A DNA stretch of 64,000 nucleotides from an uncultured Pseudomonadota bacterium (GTDB lineage: Bacteria; Pseudomonadota; Alphaproteobacteria; JACZXZ01), in the NCBI GenBank assembly GCA_963749075.1, contig CAVVLJ010000016.1, positions 960,001-1,024,000 of the forward strand, read 5' to 3'. Position 1 is the first letter of the stretch; every line of letters begins with the position of its first letter. The position numbers and the translations under genes were made by a program. The notes under the pieces were generated by a model that saw nothing but the letters and a program-made list of their open reading frames with translations, had not been told where the DNA came from and did no database searches. This document shows, piece after piece, positions 1 through 10,237 of this stretch.

Positions 1-140
1 AGGACGAGCTCCTCGGGCGCGAAAACAAGGCATAGCTTGTAGCTCTCGCCCGGTAAAAAGAGTTCGCGCGAAACCCTGCCAGAGATCGGGTGCCGCTCGG
101 CGCCCGGCGTTTGCACGCCGGCAGGCATTAAACTCGCATC

Positions 141-177
141 ATAGCCCCCTGGAATTCCGCGGGTTCCAGGGGGCTAT
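141..177. terminator. Perfect 14-bp hairpin downstream of glnA, possible terminator
   Basis: ATAGCCCCCTGGAA (141-154), 9-nt loop, TTCCAGGGGGCTAT (164-177). No clear U-tract. Confidence 0.5.
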
Positions 178-194
178 CCAGGCTGTCTCTTGGT

Positions 195-330
195 CTAGAG
201 CGCGATCCACTCAAATCGAATCGGGCATTCACCTCGTCATTCCCGCGAAAGCGGGAATCCAGCAGAGCCTGGAGCCCCGCTTTCGCGGGGGCGACGCCGG
301 GCGTTTCAACCTGGTCGGATCATGCTCTAA
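195..330. repeat. CTAG-ended MITE-like intergenic element (CIR/RIME/BRU-RS type)
   Basis: Terminal inverted repeats TAGAGCGCGATCC (196-208) and GGATCATGCTCTA (317-329) match at 11/13; ends are CTAG and CTAA. Confidence 0.55.
235..296. repeat. REP/dRS3-like palindromic doublet nested inside the 195-330 element
   Basis: CGTCATTCCCGCGAAAGCGGGAATCCAG followed by its imperfect inverted copy CTGGAGCCCCGCTTTCGCGGGGGCGACG. Confidence 0.75.
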
Positions 331-370
331 CGCGATTCAGCCAATTTGCTGAGACGGCTCAACTCTCCGC

Positions 371-1783
371 TCACGCGCTGTAGTACATCTCGAATTCGAC
401 CGGGTGGGGCGTGTGCTCGAAGCGGAAGACCTCCTCCCACCTGAGCTCCATGTAGGAGTCGATGAGGTCGTCGGAAAACACGTCGCCCTTCTTGAGGAAG
501 TCGCGGTCGCCGTCGAGGGTCAGGAGGGCCTCGCGCAGCGAGCCGCACACGGTCGGCACCGACTTGAGCAACTCTGGCGGCAGGTCGTAGAGGTTCTTGT
601 CGATCGGATCGCCGGGATGGATCTTGTTCTGGATGCCGTCGAGCCCCGCCATCAGCATCGCGGCGAAGCCGAGATAGGGGTTGCAGAGCGGGTCCGGGAA
701 GCGCACCTCGACGCGCTTGCCCTTCGGGCTCGAGACGAAGGGGATGCGGCAGGCGGCCGAGCGGTTGCGCGCCGAATAGGCGAGCAGCACCGGCGCCTCG
801 AAGCCGGGGATGAGGCGCTTGTAGCTGTTCGTCGTCGGGTTGGTGAAGGCGTTAATCGCGCGCGCGTGCTTGATGATGCCGCCGATGTAGTAGAGGGCCA
901 GCTCCGAGAGGTCGGCGTAGCCCGAGCCGGCGAAAAGCGGCTTGCCGCCCTTCCACACCGACTGGTGGGTGTGCATGCCCGAGCCGTTGTCGCCGAACAC
1001 CGGCTTCGGCATGAAGGTCGCGGTCTTGCCGTAGGAATGCGCCACCATCTGCACGCAGTACTTGTAGACCTGCATGCCGTCGGCCATCTTGGTCAGCGTG
1101 CTGAAGAGGATGCCGAGCTCGTGCTGGGCAGGCGCCACCTCGTGGTGGTGCTTCTCCACCTTGACGCCCATGGCGGCGATGGCATCGAGCATCTCGGAGC
1201 GCATGTCCTGGGCGGAGTCGACCGGCGGCACCGGGAAATAGCCGCCCTTGATGGGCGGGCGATGGCCCGAGTTGCCCTCCTCGTACTTGCGCCCGCTGTT
1301 GTAGGGGCCCTCCTCGCTGTCGATGAAGACCGAGTGCTCGTTCATGGCGGAGCGGAAGCGCACGTCGTCGAACACGAAGAACTCGGCCTCGGGACCGAAG
1401 TAGGCGGTGTCGCCGATGTCGGTCGCCTTGAGATAGGCCTCGGCGCGCTTGGCGGTCGAGCGCGGGTCGCGGCCGTAGGCCTCGCCGGTCATGGGCTCGA
1501 GCACGTCGCAGACCAGCACAAGCGTGGGTTGGGCCATGAAGGGATCGAGCGCCGCCGTTTCCGGGTCGGGCATGAGCGTCATGTCTGAATCGTTGATGAC
1601 TTTCCAGCCGGCGATCGAGGAGCCGTCGAACATGACGCCTTCCTCGAGGAAGGACTCGTCGAAATTGCTGATCGGATGGCTCAAGTGCTGCCATTTGCCG
1701 CGCGGATCGGTGAAGCGGAAGTCGACGTACTTGACGTCGTGCTCCTTGATCATTGCGAAGACGTTTTCGAACTTCTTCGACAT
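371..1783 (-). CDS. glnA: Glutamine synthetase type I
   Basis: [35 protein letters not shown] and NLYDLP adenylylation loop. Confidence 0.99.
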   Translation of the reverse strand: MSKKFENVFAMIKEHDVKYVDFRFTDPRGKWQHLSHPISNFDESFLEEGVMFDGSSIAGWKVINDSDMTLMPDPETAALDPFMAQPTLVLVCDVLEPMTGEAYGRDPRSTAKRAEAYLKATDIGDTAYFGPEAEFFVFDDVRFRSAMNEHSVFIDSEEGPYNSGRKYEEGNSGHRPPIKGGYFPVPPVDSAQDMRSEMLDAIAAMGVKVEKHHHEVAPAQHELGILFSTLTKMADGMQVYKYCVQMVAHSYGKTATFMPKPVFGDNGSGMHTHQSVWKGGKPLFAGSGYADLSELALYYIGGIIKHARAINAFTNPTTNSYKRLIPGFEAPVLLAYSARNRSAACRIPFVSSPKGKRVEVRFPDPLCNPYLGFAAMLMAGLDGIQNKIHPGDPIDKNLYDLPPELLKSVPTVCGSLREALLTLDGDRDFLKKGDVFSDDLIDSYMELRWEEVFRFEHTPHPVEFEMYYSA

Positions 1784-1838
1784 CGGTTTTGTTCCCTTCT
1801 TTGCTGGCCGAATGTGCGTGCCGTGCCGAGGTAATGCG

Positions 1839-2195
<357 letters not shown>

Positions 2196-2323
2196 TTAAA
2201 GGCCTTTGCCGCGTCCACGCCGTCGGAATTGCGGCGCGCGCGGTGTCGTTGCACAGGGGCCCTCGTTGGCGTCGCGGCTCCTCTTGCGTGCCCGATGGTC
2301 GCTCCTGACGTATCCGGCCTTTT

Positions 2324-2340
2324 AGCATGGCGCGTGCCAA
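2324..2340 (-). promoter_or_regulatory. Sigma54 (-24/-12) promoter of glnB-glnA
   Basis: Minus strand reads TTGGCACGCGCCATGCT, an exact GG-N10-GC spacing with TGGCACG. Confidence 0.9.
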
Positions 2341-2412
2341 CCGCCGGAAGACCGCAAAGTCCCGTGGCCCTGCGGCTTTTGGCCTCGATTATGCGACATC
2401 CGACCAAAGAAA

Positions 2413-2429
2413 TGCCCATTTTTTATGCA
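2413..2429. promoter_or_regulatory. NtrC-type binding site upstream of the sigma54 promoter
   Basis: TGCCCATTTTTTATGCA fits TGCAC-N7-GTGCA with an AT-rich core, about 75-90 bp upstream of the -24 element. Confidence 0.7.
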
Positions 2430-2457
2430 AATGCATAGCGGTAAAGCGAAAGGCCGC

Positions 2458-3630
2458 TCAGCTGTCCGCCAAGGCGGCGCGGATGCGGCCCATCGCGCGC
2501 TCGATGTTCTCGGTGCTGTTGGCATAAGAGAAGCGGATATAGCCCTCGCCATAGCGCCCGAAGCTCGTACCGGCGACGGTGGCGACGCCGGCCTCCTCGA
2601 GAAGCTTCTGCTGCAGGCCGCGGGCATCGTAGCCGGTGCCGCTGATGTTGGGGAAGGCGTAGAAGGCGCCGCCCGGCTCGACGCAGCGGAAGCCGGGGAG
2701 CTGGTTCAAGGCGCGCACGATGACGCGGCGGCGCTCGTCGAACGCCTTGACCATCATGGCCACGCTGTCCTGCGGGCCGGCGAGCGCCGCGAGCCCGGCA
2801 TATTGCGCCGCCGCGTTGACGCAGCTATGGCAATTGACGGCGAGGCGCTCCGCATGGGGGAAGAGCGCTGCCGGCCATACGCTGAAGCCCAGGCGCCAGC
2901 CGGTCATCGCGTAGGTCTTGCTCCAGCCGTCGAGCAGGATGACGCGCTCGCGCATCGCCTCGTAGGCGAGGAGCGAGGTGTGCTTCCGCCCGTCGTAGAG
3001 CATCTGGCCGTAGATCTCGTCGCTGAGCACGGCCACCTGCGGATGGGCGAGGAGGCCGGCGACCAGCTTGTCGAGCTCGGCCTTGGGCACGGCACCGCCC
3101 GTGGGGTTGGCCGGGCTGTTGAGGATGAGGAGGCGCGTCCGCGGCGTGACGCGCGAGAGCACCTCCGCCGCGTCGAAGGAGAACTCGTTCTTCTCGTAGA
3201 GCGGCGTCGGCACCGCCTTGGCACCGGTGAAGTTGATCGCCAACTCGTAGATCGGGAAGCCGGGGTTGGGGTAGAGGATCTCCGCACCGGGCTCGCCGAA
3301 CATGAGGATGGCGAAGAACATGGTGACCTTGCCGCCGGGCACGATGAGGACGCTTCCGGGGTCGACGGCGACGCCGTGCCGGCGGGCGAGATCGGCTGAG
3401 ACCGCCTCGCGCAGCGCCGGGATGCCGGCCGCTGCCGTGTAGCCGTGATGGCCGTCCCGCAATGCCTTGCAGCCCGCCTCGACGATGTGGTCGGGAGTCT
3501 TGAAGTCGGGCTGGCCGATGCCGAGGTTGACGATGTCGCGGCCGGCCGCGGCGAGCGCGTTGGCGCGGGCGAGGACCTCGAACGCGGTCTCGGTGCCAAG
3601 GCGGGAGAGCCCGGCGGCAAGCTGCAGCAT
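2458..3630 (-). CDS. PLP-dependent class I/II (aspartate-type) aminotransferase
   Basis: Start MLQLAAGLSRLGTETAF at 3630 (the 819-aa ORF is over-extended); NLGIGQPDF, NSPANPTG, SDEIY, GWSKTYAMTGWRLG. Confidence 0.93.
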   Translation of the reverse strand: MLQLAAGLSRLGTETAFEVLARANALAAAGRDIVNLGIGQPDFKTPDHIVEAGCKALRDGHHGYTAAAGIPALREAVSADLARRHGVAVDPGSVLIVPGGKVTMFFAILMFGEPGAEILYPNPGFPIYELAINFTGAKAVPTPLYEKNEFSFDAAEVLSRVTPRTRLLILNSPANPTGGAVPKAELDKLVAGLLAHPQVAVLSDEIYGQMLYDGRKHTSLLAYEAMRERVILLDGWSKTYAMTGWRLGFSVWPAALFPHAERLAVNCHSCVNAAAQYAGLAALAGPQDSVAMMVKAFDERRRVIVRALNQLPGFRCVEPGGAFYAFPNISGTGYDARGLQQKLLEEAGVATVAGTSFGRYGEGYIRFSYANSTENIERAMGRIRAALADS

Positions 3631-3768
3631 GGGGAGAACCTCCGGAAGAGCGCGCGCCACTATGCCTGAGGTGCCGGCCGGGGGCAAACGCGAAGGCGGC
3701 AAGGCGGCTTCCGCGAGGCGGCGGTTTCGTGCTAAATCGCCGCCTTCGCGGCGATCGGGCCTGCGTCC

Positions 3769-4971
3769 ATGAAATCCGCCAACAGCATTCTCTCCGGCTA
3801 CGGCACGACCGTCTTCGAGGTCATGTCGCGTCTCGCCATCGAGCACCGCTCGATCAACCTCGGGCAAGGCTTCCCCGACGGCAACGGCCCGGCGGACGTG
3901 CGGGCCCAGGCAGCGCTCTTTCTCGAGGACCGGCCCAACCAGTACCCGCCCATGCTCGGCGTGCCCGAGCTGCGCCAGGCGGTGGCCCGGCACGCCGAGC
4001 GCTTCTACGGCCTCGAGGTCGATTGGGAGCGCGAGGTGATGGTCGCTTCGGGTGCCACGGAGGTGCTGGCGAGCTGCCTCTTCGGGCTCATCGAGCCGGG
4101 CGACGAGGTCGTGCTGCTCGAGCCGCTCTACGACAGCTACCTGCCCATCGTGCGCCGCGCCGGCGCCGTGCCGCGCCTGGTGCGGTTGGCACCGCCGGAT
4201 TGGGAGCTGCCGCGCGACGCCCTCGCTGCGGCCTTCTCCGACAAGACCAAGCTCATCCTCCTCAACTCGCCGATGAACCCGGCGGCGAAGCTTTTCGCGC
4301 GCGAGGAGCTGGCTTTCATCGCCGGCCTCCTCGAGCGCCACGACGCCTACGCGGTGTGCGACGAGGTCTATGAGCATCTCGTCTTCGACGGCCGGCCGCA
4401 CATCCCGCTCATGACGCTCCCCGGCATGCGCGGGCGGTGCCTGCGCATCGGCTCGGCCGGGAAGACCTTTGCGCTGACCGGCTGGAAGGTCGGTTACGTG
4501 ACGGCGCCGCCAGCGCTCCTGCAGCCGGTCGCCAAGGCGCACCAGTTCATCACCTTCACGACGCCGCCCAACCTGCAGCGCGCCGTGGCCTACGGCCTCG
4601 CCAAGGAGGACGGCTATTTCCGCGAGCTCGCCCGGGCGCTCGAGCAGAAGCGCGACGCCTTCGCCGCGGGATTGGCGGAGATCGGCTTTGCCGTGCTCGA
4701 CTGCCAAGGCACTTATTTCATCAGCGCCGACTTCCGCCCGCTCGGCTTCCAGGGCGACGATGTCGAGTTCTGCCGTCACATCACCGTGGAGGCGGGAGTG
4801 ACGGCAATCCCGGTGAGCGCCTTCTACGAGGGCGGGGGACCGCGCCATTTCGCGCGCTTCGCCTTCTGCAAGGAGGACGCCGTGCTCGCCGAGGCGCTCC
4901 AGCGCCTCAAGCGCCACTTCGGCCGCGGCCGTGCCGCCGGCCGGAGCCGGCGCGCGGGCGGCGGTGCTTGA
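3769..4971 (+). CDS. PLP-dependent aminotransferase, YbdL/kynurenine-glutamine transaminase type
   Basis: INLGQGFPD, NQYPP, NSPMNP, CDEVYEH, SAGKTFALTGWKVG. Confidence 0.93.
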   Translation: MKSANSILSGYGTTVFEVMSRLAIEHRSINLGQGFPDGNGPADVRAQAALFLEDRPNQYPPMLGVPELRQAVARHAERFYGLEVDWEREVMVASGATEVLASCLFGLIEPGDEVVLLEPLYDSYLPIVRRAGAVPRLVRLAPPDWELPRDALAAAFSDKTKLILLNSPMNPAAKLFAREELAFIAGLLERHDAYAVCDEVYEHLVFDGRPHIPLMTLPGMRGRCLRIGSAGKTFALTGWKVGYVTAPPALLQPVAKAHQFITFTTPPNLQRAVAYGLAKEDGYFRELARALEQKRDAFAAGLAEIGFAVLDCQGTYFISADFRPLGFQGDDVEFCRHITVEAGVTAIPVSAFYEGGGPRHFARFAFCKEDAVLAEALQRLKRHFGRGRAAGRSRRAGGGA

Positions 4972-5036
4972 CCGCCGCCAAGCAAAGGATTAGAGACGTG
5001 CGGCCTTGTTGCCCCGCACCCTCGTGGGGACTCGGC

Positions 5037-5113
5037 GGCGGGCGTAGCTCAGTTGGTAGAGCGCCAGGTTGTGGTCCTGGATGTCACGGGTTCGAATCCC
5101 GTCGCTCGCCCCA
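5037..5113 (+). tRNA. tRNA-His(GTG) with G-1:C73 pair and encoded CCA
   Basis: Cloverleaf; anticodon arm CCAGG-TTGTGGT-CCTGG; T-loop TTCGAAT; ends CGCTCGC-C-CCA. Confidence 0.97.
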
Positions 5114-5292
5114 CCGACGCGCCGCCGGAGAGGATTGCGGCGGAAGCGCAAGGCTCGGCAGAAGCGCAAGACGAGCCGGCTGGAAACCGAGAGCCGGTTC
5201 GGCAAATCGCAGCATGGGCGCGCGAAGATCGGACGGCGGAGCGGCTGGGGCCGCGGCCCGCCGGGGTATCAACCTGCACACGAGGTATCCTT

Positions 5293-5844
5293 ATGAGAGG
5301 CAAGATCACAGCTCTGGCAGCCGCGGCCGTGGTGCTCGGGGCTCTCGCCCAGGCGCCCGGCGCAGCGGCCCAGAGCCCGCTCAATATCGCGGTCATCGAT
5401 CCCCAGTATCTCCTGCAGAATTCGGAGGCCGGGAAGAGCATCCGCGCCCAGCTCGACAAGCTGCACGCCGGCGAGGAGCGCGCACTCAAGACCGAGCAAG
5501 ACAATGTGACGAAGCTCGATCAGACGCTCGGACAACAGCGCGCCACGCTGCCCGCCGCCGAATTCGAGAAGCGCGCCCAGGAGGTCAGGCAGAAGGCCGT
5601 CGAGCTGCAGCGCGACGCCCAGGCGCGCGAGGCCAGATTGAATGCCGCCTACAATACCGCCGCGCAGAAGCTCGAGCAGAGCATCGAGCAGCTCGTAGCC
5701 GAGCTCGTCAAGGAGAAGGGCTATCTCTTCGTTCTCAAGCGCGTGGCGGTGATGGCCAACGCGAACTTGCCGGACCTCACCGCCGAAATTCTCAAGCGCT
5801 TGAATCAGCGCGTGCCCACGGTCGCGGTCGAGATGCCGAAATAG
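5293..5844 (+). CDS. OmpH/Skp-family periplasmic chaperone
   Basis: Signal peptide, IAVID..LLQNSEAGK, long coiled coil, C-terminal DLTAEILKRLN. Confidence 0.85.
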   Translation: MRGKITALAAAAVVLGALAQAPGAAAQSPLNIAVIDPQYLLQNSEAGKSIRAQLDKLHAGEERALKTEQDNVTKLDQTLGQQRATLPAAEFEKRAQEVRQKAVELQRDAQAREARLNAAYNTAAQKLEQSIEQLVAELVKEKGYLFVLKRVAVMANANLPDLTAEILKRLNQRVPTVAVEMPK

Positions 5845-5903
5845 CCGCCGCCGCCGAGGCGGACGTAGCAAGCGGCCGATGATAGAGGGAGGAGGACCGC
5901 AGC

Positions 5904-6662
5904 ATGGGCTCAGCCGATAAGGTCGCCATCGTCACCGGCGCCGGCAGCGGCGTCGGCAGGAGCGTTGCACTGGCGCTCCTCGCGGAAGGCTATGCCGTGG
6001 TCCTGGCCGGGCGGCGGAAGGAAGCACTCGACGCCACAGCCGAGGCGGGCAAGGCGAGCGGCGGGCGCACGCTCTCGGTCCCCACCGACGTGCGCGATCC
6101 CGCCTCGGTCAAGGCGCTCTTCGCCAAGACCAAGGAGAGCTTCGGCCGGCTCGATCTGCTCTTCAACAACGCCGGTACCGGAGCACCGCCCGTGCCGCTC
6201 GAGGACCTCACCTACGAGCAGTGGAAGACGGTCGTCGACATCAACCTGACCGGCAGCTTCCTCTGCACCCAGGAAGCCATCAAGATCATGAAGGCGCAAA
6301 CGCCGCGCGGCGGGCGCATCGTCAACAACGGCTCGATCTCGGCCCACGCGCCGCGGCCCAACTCGGCGCCCTACACCTCGACCAAGCACGCCATCACCGG
6401 CCTCACCAAGTCGACCTCGCTCGACGGCCGCAAATACGACATCGCCTGCGGCCAGATCGACATCGGCAATGCCGCCACCGAGATGACGGCGCGCATGAAG
6501 AACGGCGTGCCCCAGGCCAACGGCACGATCGCCGTCGAGCCGACCATGGACCCCAAGTGCGTGGCGAGCGCCGTCGTCTATATGGCGAGCCTGCCGCTCG
6601 ACGCCAACGTGCAGTTCCTCACGGTGATGGCCACGAAGATGCCCTTCATCGGGCGGGGTTGA
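5904..6662 (+). CDS. Short-chain dehydrogenase/reductase (SDR)
   Basis: [22 protein letters not shown] catalytic motif; GGAGG ribosome-binding site. Confidence 0.95.
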   Translation: MGSADKVAIVTGAGSGVGRSVALALLAEGYAVVLAGRRKEALDATAEAGKASGGRTLSVPTDVRDPASVKALFAKTKESFGRLDLLFNNAGTGAPPVPLEDLTYEQWKTVVDINLTGSFLCTQEAIKIMKAQTPRGGRIVNNGSISAHAPRPNSAPYTSTKHAITGLTKSTSLDGRKYDIACGQIDIGNAATEMTARMKNGVPQANGTIAVEPTMDPKCVASAVVYMASLPLDANVQFLTVMATKMPFIGRG

Positions 6663-6678
6663 CGGTCCGCTCGCGTGC

Positions 6679-7248
6679 TCAGAAGAGCTTCTCGCGGTAG
6701 GAGCCGCTGCCGCCCGTGTGGCTCGCGGGCACGCGCTCGCCCGCGCGCCAGGCGTCCGGCGGCACGAACGGCCCCTGCCACAGCCCGTGCTGGGTGAGGC
6801 GCGCGTCCTCCTCGGCCTTCTCGTAAAAGAGCGTGCGGGTGCGGTCGGCCACCGCCCAACCGGCGTCGATCAGGGCGCGGGCGACATCGACCTTTCCCAC
6901 GGAGCACACGCCGAGCGCGTCGTTGTTCTGGTCGACGCCATGCGGCTGGCAGCTCGCCGTGCCGTCCTTGACGAGCGCTGCGAGCGCTGCGCGCGCTTCC
7001 ACCCCGCAAGGGTACTCCTTGCCCGACGCGTCGTCGCACACCTCGTCGATGTCGGGCGCGTCGATGCCGTAGAGCTTGAAGTGCCGGCCGCCGACCTCGA
7101 GGTGCGTGGCATCGACGACCACGGCAGTTCCGCTCACGCGCGTCGCGTCCTCGGCGCGGACGCCGGCCGCGAGTGCTAGCGCTGCGAGGGCCGCGAGGCC
7201 GGCCATGAGCCAGCGGGCGGCAGCGGGGCGCATGGGCGAGGCGGCCAT
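6679..7248 (-). CDS. Exported thermonuclease (SNase-fold) family protein with a degenerate active site
   Basis: Signal peptide; LYGIDAP, C-x8-YPCG, LIDAGWAV, GLWQG..VPP..WR. Confidence 0.85.
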   Translation of the reverse strand: MAASPMRPAAARWLMAGLAALAALALAAGVRAEDATRVSGTAVVVDATHLEVGGRHFKLYGIDAPDIDEVCDDASGKEYPCGVEARAALAALVKDGTASCQPHGVDQNNDALGVCSVGKVDVARALIDAGWAVADRTRTLFYEKAEEDARLTQHGLWQGPFVPPDAWRAGERVPASHTGGSGSYREKLF

Positions 7249-7285
7249 GGCGGAGGACGGCGGCGCCGCTTTCCGGCGGCGTCCT

Positions 7286-7600
7286 TCACTTGAGCGGCGA
7301 GAAGGGGGCCGGAATGAGCAGCCGGTTCTCCATCTTCTCGACGAGGGGCAGGATCTTGGGGGCGTAGGCGAGCCACGTCGGGTCCTGCCACAGCTTGGCG
7401 CGGCGCCGCGCGCGCTCTTCGAGGGACTCGTAGGCCCAGATGTGCACCACTTGGTTGAGGGTGCCGAACTCGGTCTGGAAGTAGCCCACGAGGTTGCCGA
7501 GGATGGCCTTCTGCACCGCCAAGCCCTCGGCCTCGTACGTCTTGAAATAGGCGGCGAGCGCCCCCGGCTTGAGCGTGTAGGTGCGTTCTTCGTAGATCAT
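7286..7600 (-). CDS. NIPSNAP family protein
   Basis: MIYEERTYTLKPG, NQVVHIWAYES, LLIPAPFSPLK. Confidence 0.92.
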   Translation of the reverse strand: MIYEERTYTLKPGALAAYFKTYEAEGLAVQKAILGNLVGYFQTEFGTLNQVVHIWAYESLEERARRRAKLWQDPTWLAYAPKILPLVEKMENRLLIPAPFSPLK

Positions 7601-7661
7601 CCTCTCTGCTCCCCGCTGTGCCGGCTTTCTTTATCAGGCCGCGCGCCGGCGGGGGAAGCCA

Positions 7662-8531
7662 TTACTTGCCAGGCGGCGGGGCCTTGACGGGCGGGGGGGC
7701 TACGGCCGGCGTCTCGGGTTCGAGGGCCGGCGCCGGCGCCGGCTGCTCGGCGGGTGCGGCGGCCGGCGTCTCCGCGGCCGGGCTCCCCGGCTCGGGGGCC
7801 TGCTGGCCCGCCGTCTCGGCGATCGAGGGATATTTCTGCTGCAGCTTGGCGAGCGCCTCCTGGGTGACATAGGAGCCGGGCTTCGAGTTCTTATCGAACT
7901 GGATCGTGAGCAGCACGCGCGAATCGATGAAGTCGTAATGGCCGTAAGTGCCGAGGCCGGCCGGCAGCCCCAGAGTGGCATAATCGTAGTAAACGGGAAC
8001 GCAGGTGCATTCTATGTTGTTGCTTGCCGCGCATCTTTCCACGCACGCGCGGTAGACTGTGGGATCGGTGAAGGTGTTGTTCTTCACGAGGACGTGGAGG
8101 AAATTGCTGCGGTCGGTGATGTCGAAGGCCGGTGCGCCGTTCTCCTGCGCGAGCAGTGCTGCGCGGTAGGTCGCCAGATCGAACGTGACGTTCAAATAGA
8201 TCTCCGCCTCGGTATTGCGCTGCGGCTCGGTGAGCGCGTAAGTCGGCTTGAGCTTGGCCTCGAAGAAGACCTTGTAGGTCGTGTCGTCGACCTTCTGGAT
8301 GAGGTAGCCGTAGGCGTTGGGCGGCCGAATGATATTGGCGCAGGGCCACACGGTCGCCGGGCACACCATCTGATCGAGGTCGACGTCCGGGCCGGCGATG
8401 CCTTCGCTGCCGCCGCTCTGGAGCGGGGGCACTTGATGGAAGGCGGACGAGCAGGAGGCGACGAGCAGCAGAATAGCCGCTGCACCGGCCCACCCCAGCC
8501 ACCCCTTGACGCTCTCCCGCGGCTCTTTCAT
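7662..8531 (-). CDS. Putative lipoprotein (CC0125/CC1285-like core) with Cys-rich insert and Pro/Ala tail
   Basis: Lipobox LVAS-C; GYxxxKVDDTTYKVFF and RAALLAQENG..F resemble that family from recall; start could also be 8555. Confidence 0.6.
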   Translation of the reverse strand: MKEPRESVKGWLGWAGAAAILLLVASCSSAFHQVPPLQSGGSEGIAGPDVDLDQMVCPATVWPCANIIRPPNAYGYLIQKVDDTTYKVFFEAKLKPTYALTEPQRNTEAEIYLNVTFDLATYRAALLAQENGAPAFDITDRSNFLHVLVKNNTFTDPTVYRACVERCAASNNIECTCVPVYYDYATLGLPAGLGTYGHYDFIDSRVLLTIQFDKNSKPGSYVTQEALAKLQQKYPSIAETAGQQAPEPGSPAAETPAAAPAEQPAPAPALEPETPAVAPPPVKAPPPGK

Positions 8532-8713
8532 CGGCCAACCTGCTCGTGAGGGCAACGCTTGCGGAACGGCCCATGATAAGGGCTCCGCCGCCCGGAAGGC
8601 AATGGAGAAGCGCGCGCAACGCGCTTATGTTCGGCCGCTTGGCCCCCGTGGCACCGCGGGGCTAACATCGTGCGCTGGCAGCAGTGCCGTCTCAAGTCGA
8701 GGATCGCCCGGCC

Positions 8714-10237
8714 ATGCACGCGCCGTCCCGCAATGCCCTGGCGCTCCTCACGGCCGAGGAGATGGCGCGCGCCGACCGGGCGGCCGTGGCTGGCGGTGTG
8801 CCGAGCGAGCAACTCATGGAGGCGGCCGGACGCGCCGTGGCCGATGCGGTGCGGGCGCGGGCGGCCTTGGGCAGCGTCCTCGTCCTCTGCGGGCCGGGCA
8901 ACAACGGCGGCGACGGCTTCGTCGCCGCCCGCCACTTGCGCGAGGCCGGTTGGCCGGTCAGGGTGGCGCTCCTCGGCGAGCGGCAGTCGCTCAAGGGCGA
9001 TGCGGCGCTCAACGCCGGCCGCTGGGGCGGCGACATCGAAGCACTCGGCCCGCCAGCTCTTGAGGGTGCCGCCCTCGTCGTGGACGCCCTTTTCGGCGCC
9101 GGTCTGACGCGGCCCCTCGAGCGGGCGGCCCTGGCCACGGTCAAAGCCTTGGCCGGGCGCGGCATCCCCGTCGTCGCCGTCGACGTGCCGAGCGGGCTCC
9201 ATGGCGACAGCGGCCAAGTGCTGGGCGCGGCGCCGGAGGCGCGCCTCACCGTTACCTTCTTCCGCAGGAAGCCGGGCCATGTCCTGCTGCCGGGCCGGCT
9301 CCTTTGCGGCGAGACGCTGGTCGCCGACATCGGCATCCCCGCGAACGTGCTGGATGAGATCGAGCCGCGCACCTTCGCCAACGACCCCGCACTCTGGCTC
9401 GAGCGCTATCCCTGGCCGACGCTCCTCGATCACAAATACCGCCGCGGCCACGCATTGGTGGTTGCCGGCGGCCGCATGACCGGGGCCGCCAAGCTCGCCT
9501 CGCGCGCGGCCTTGCGCGCCGGCGCCGGCCTCGTCACCGTGACCAGCCCGCCCGCCGCCGAGGCCATCTTCCAGACGGCGATGGCCGGCCTCCTTACCGA
9601 GCCCTTCTCCGGCCTCAACTCCTTCAAGGGCGTGCTGGAGAGCCGGCGCAAGAGCGTCTATCTCCTCGGCCCGGGCAACGAGGCCACGGAGGAGACCGCG
9701 GCCCGTGTGCTGGCAGCGCTGGCGACCGGGCGGCCTTGCGTGCTCGATGCCGACGCGCTCAGCGCCTTTGCGGACGACCCCCAGATGCTCCTCGCCGCCA
9801 TCAAGGGGCCGGCCGTCATGACCCCGCACGAGGGCGAGTTCGCGCGCGTCTTCTCCGCAAAGGGCGACAAGCCGAGCCGGGCGCGCAGCGCTGCGCGGGA
9901 GAGCGCCGCCGTCGTGCTGCTCAAGGGCGGCGACACGGTCGTCGCAGCGCCGGACGGCCGTGCCGTGATCTGCGACAACGCGCCGCCGACCCTCGGCACG
10001 GCAGGTGCAGGCGACGTGCTCGCCGGGCTCATCCTTGGCCTTCTCGCCCAGGGCATGGCGCCCTTCGAGGCCGCGGCGGCTGGCGCTTGGCTGCACGGCG
10101 AGGCCGCCGCGGCCTCAGGGCCGGGACTTATTGCCGAGGATCTGCCCGAGGCGATTCCCGCGGTCTTGCGGCGCTTGAGCGCACGCGCGGACGCGTTGCA
10201 CAAGGGGGCGCGCGGGGGTATTTGGATATGGCCATGA
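8714..10237 (+). CDS. nnr: Bifunctional NAD(P)H-hydrate epimerase/dehydratase (NnrE-NnrD)
   Basis: GPGNNGGDG, VDALFGAG, DVPSG, DADAL, TPHEGEF, GAGDVLAG. Confidence 0.95.
   Translation: MHAPSRNALALLTAEEMARADRAAVAGGVPSEQLMEAAGRAVADAVRARAALGSVLVLCGPGNNGGDGFVAARHLREAGWPVRVALLGERQSLKGDAALNAGRWGGDIEALGPPALEGAALVVDALFGAGLTRPLERAALATVKALAGRGIPVVAVDVPSGLHGDSGQVLGAAPEARLTVTFFRRKPGHVLLPGRLLCGETLVADIGIPANVLDEIEPRTFANDPALWLERYPWPTLLDHKYRRGHALVVAGGRMTGAAKLASRAALRAGAGLVTVTSPPAAEAIFQTAMAGLLTEPFSGLNSFKGVLESRRKSVYLLGPGNEATEETAARVLAALATGRPCVLDADALSAFADDPQMLLAAIKGPAVMTPHEGEFARVFSAKGDKPSRARSAARESAAVVLLKGGDTVVAAPDGRAVICDNAPPTLGTAGAGDVLAGLILGLLAQGMAPFEAAAAGAWLHGEAAAASGPGLIAEDLPEAIPAVLRRLSARADALHKGARGGIWIWP

Noticed and set aside
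1-140. Partial gene at the window start
   Set aside because: Either a short plus-strand 3' end (stop at 35) or a minus-strand ORF from 128 is possible; too little sequence to decide.
3631-4917. N-terminal 429 aa of the 819-aa ORF as a fusion domain
   Set aside because: It is the antisense of the 3769..4971 aminotransferase; the real start is 3630.
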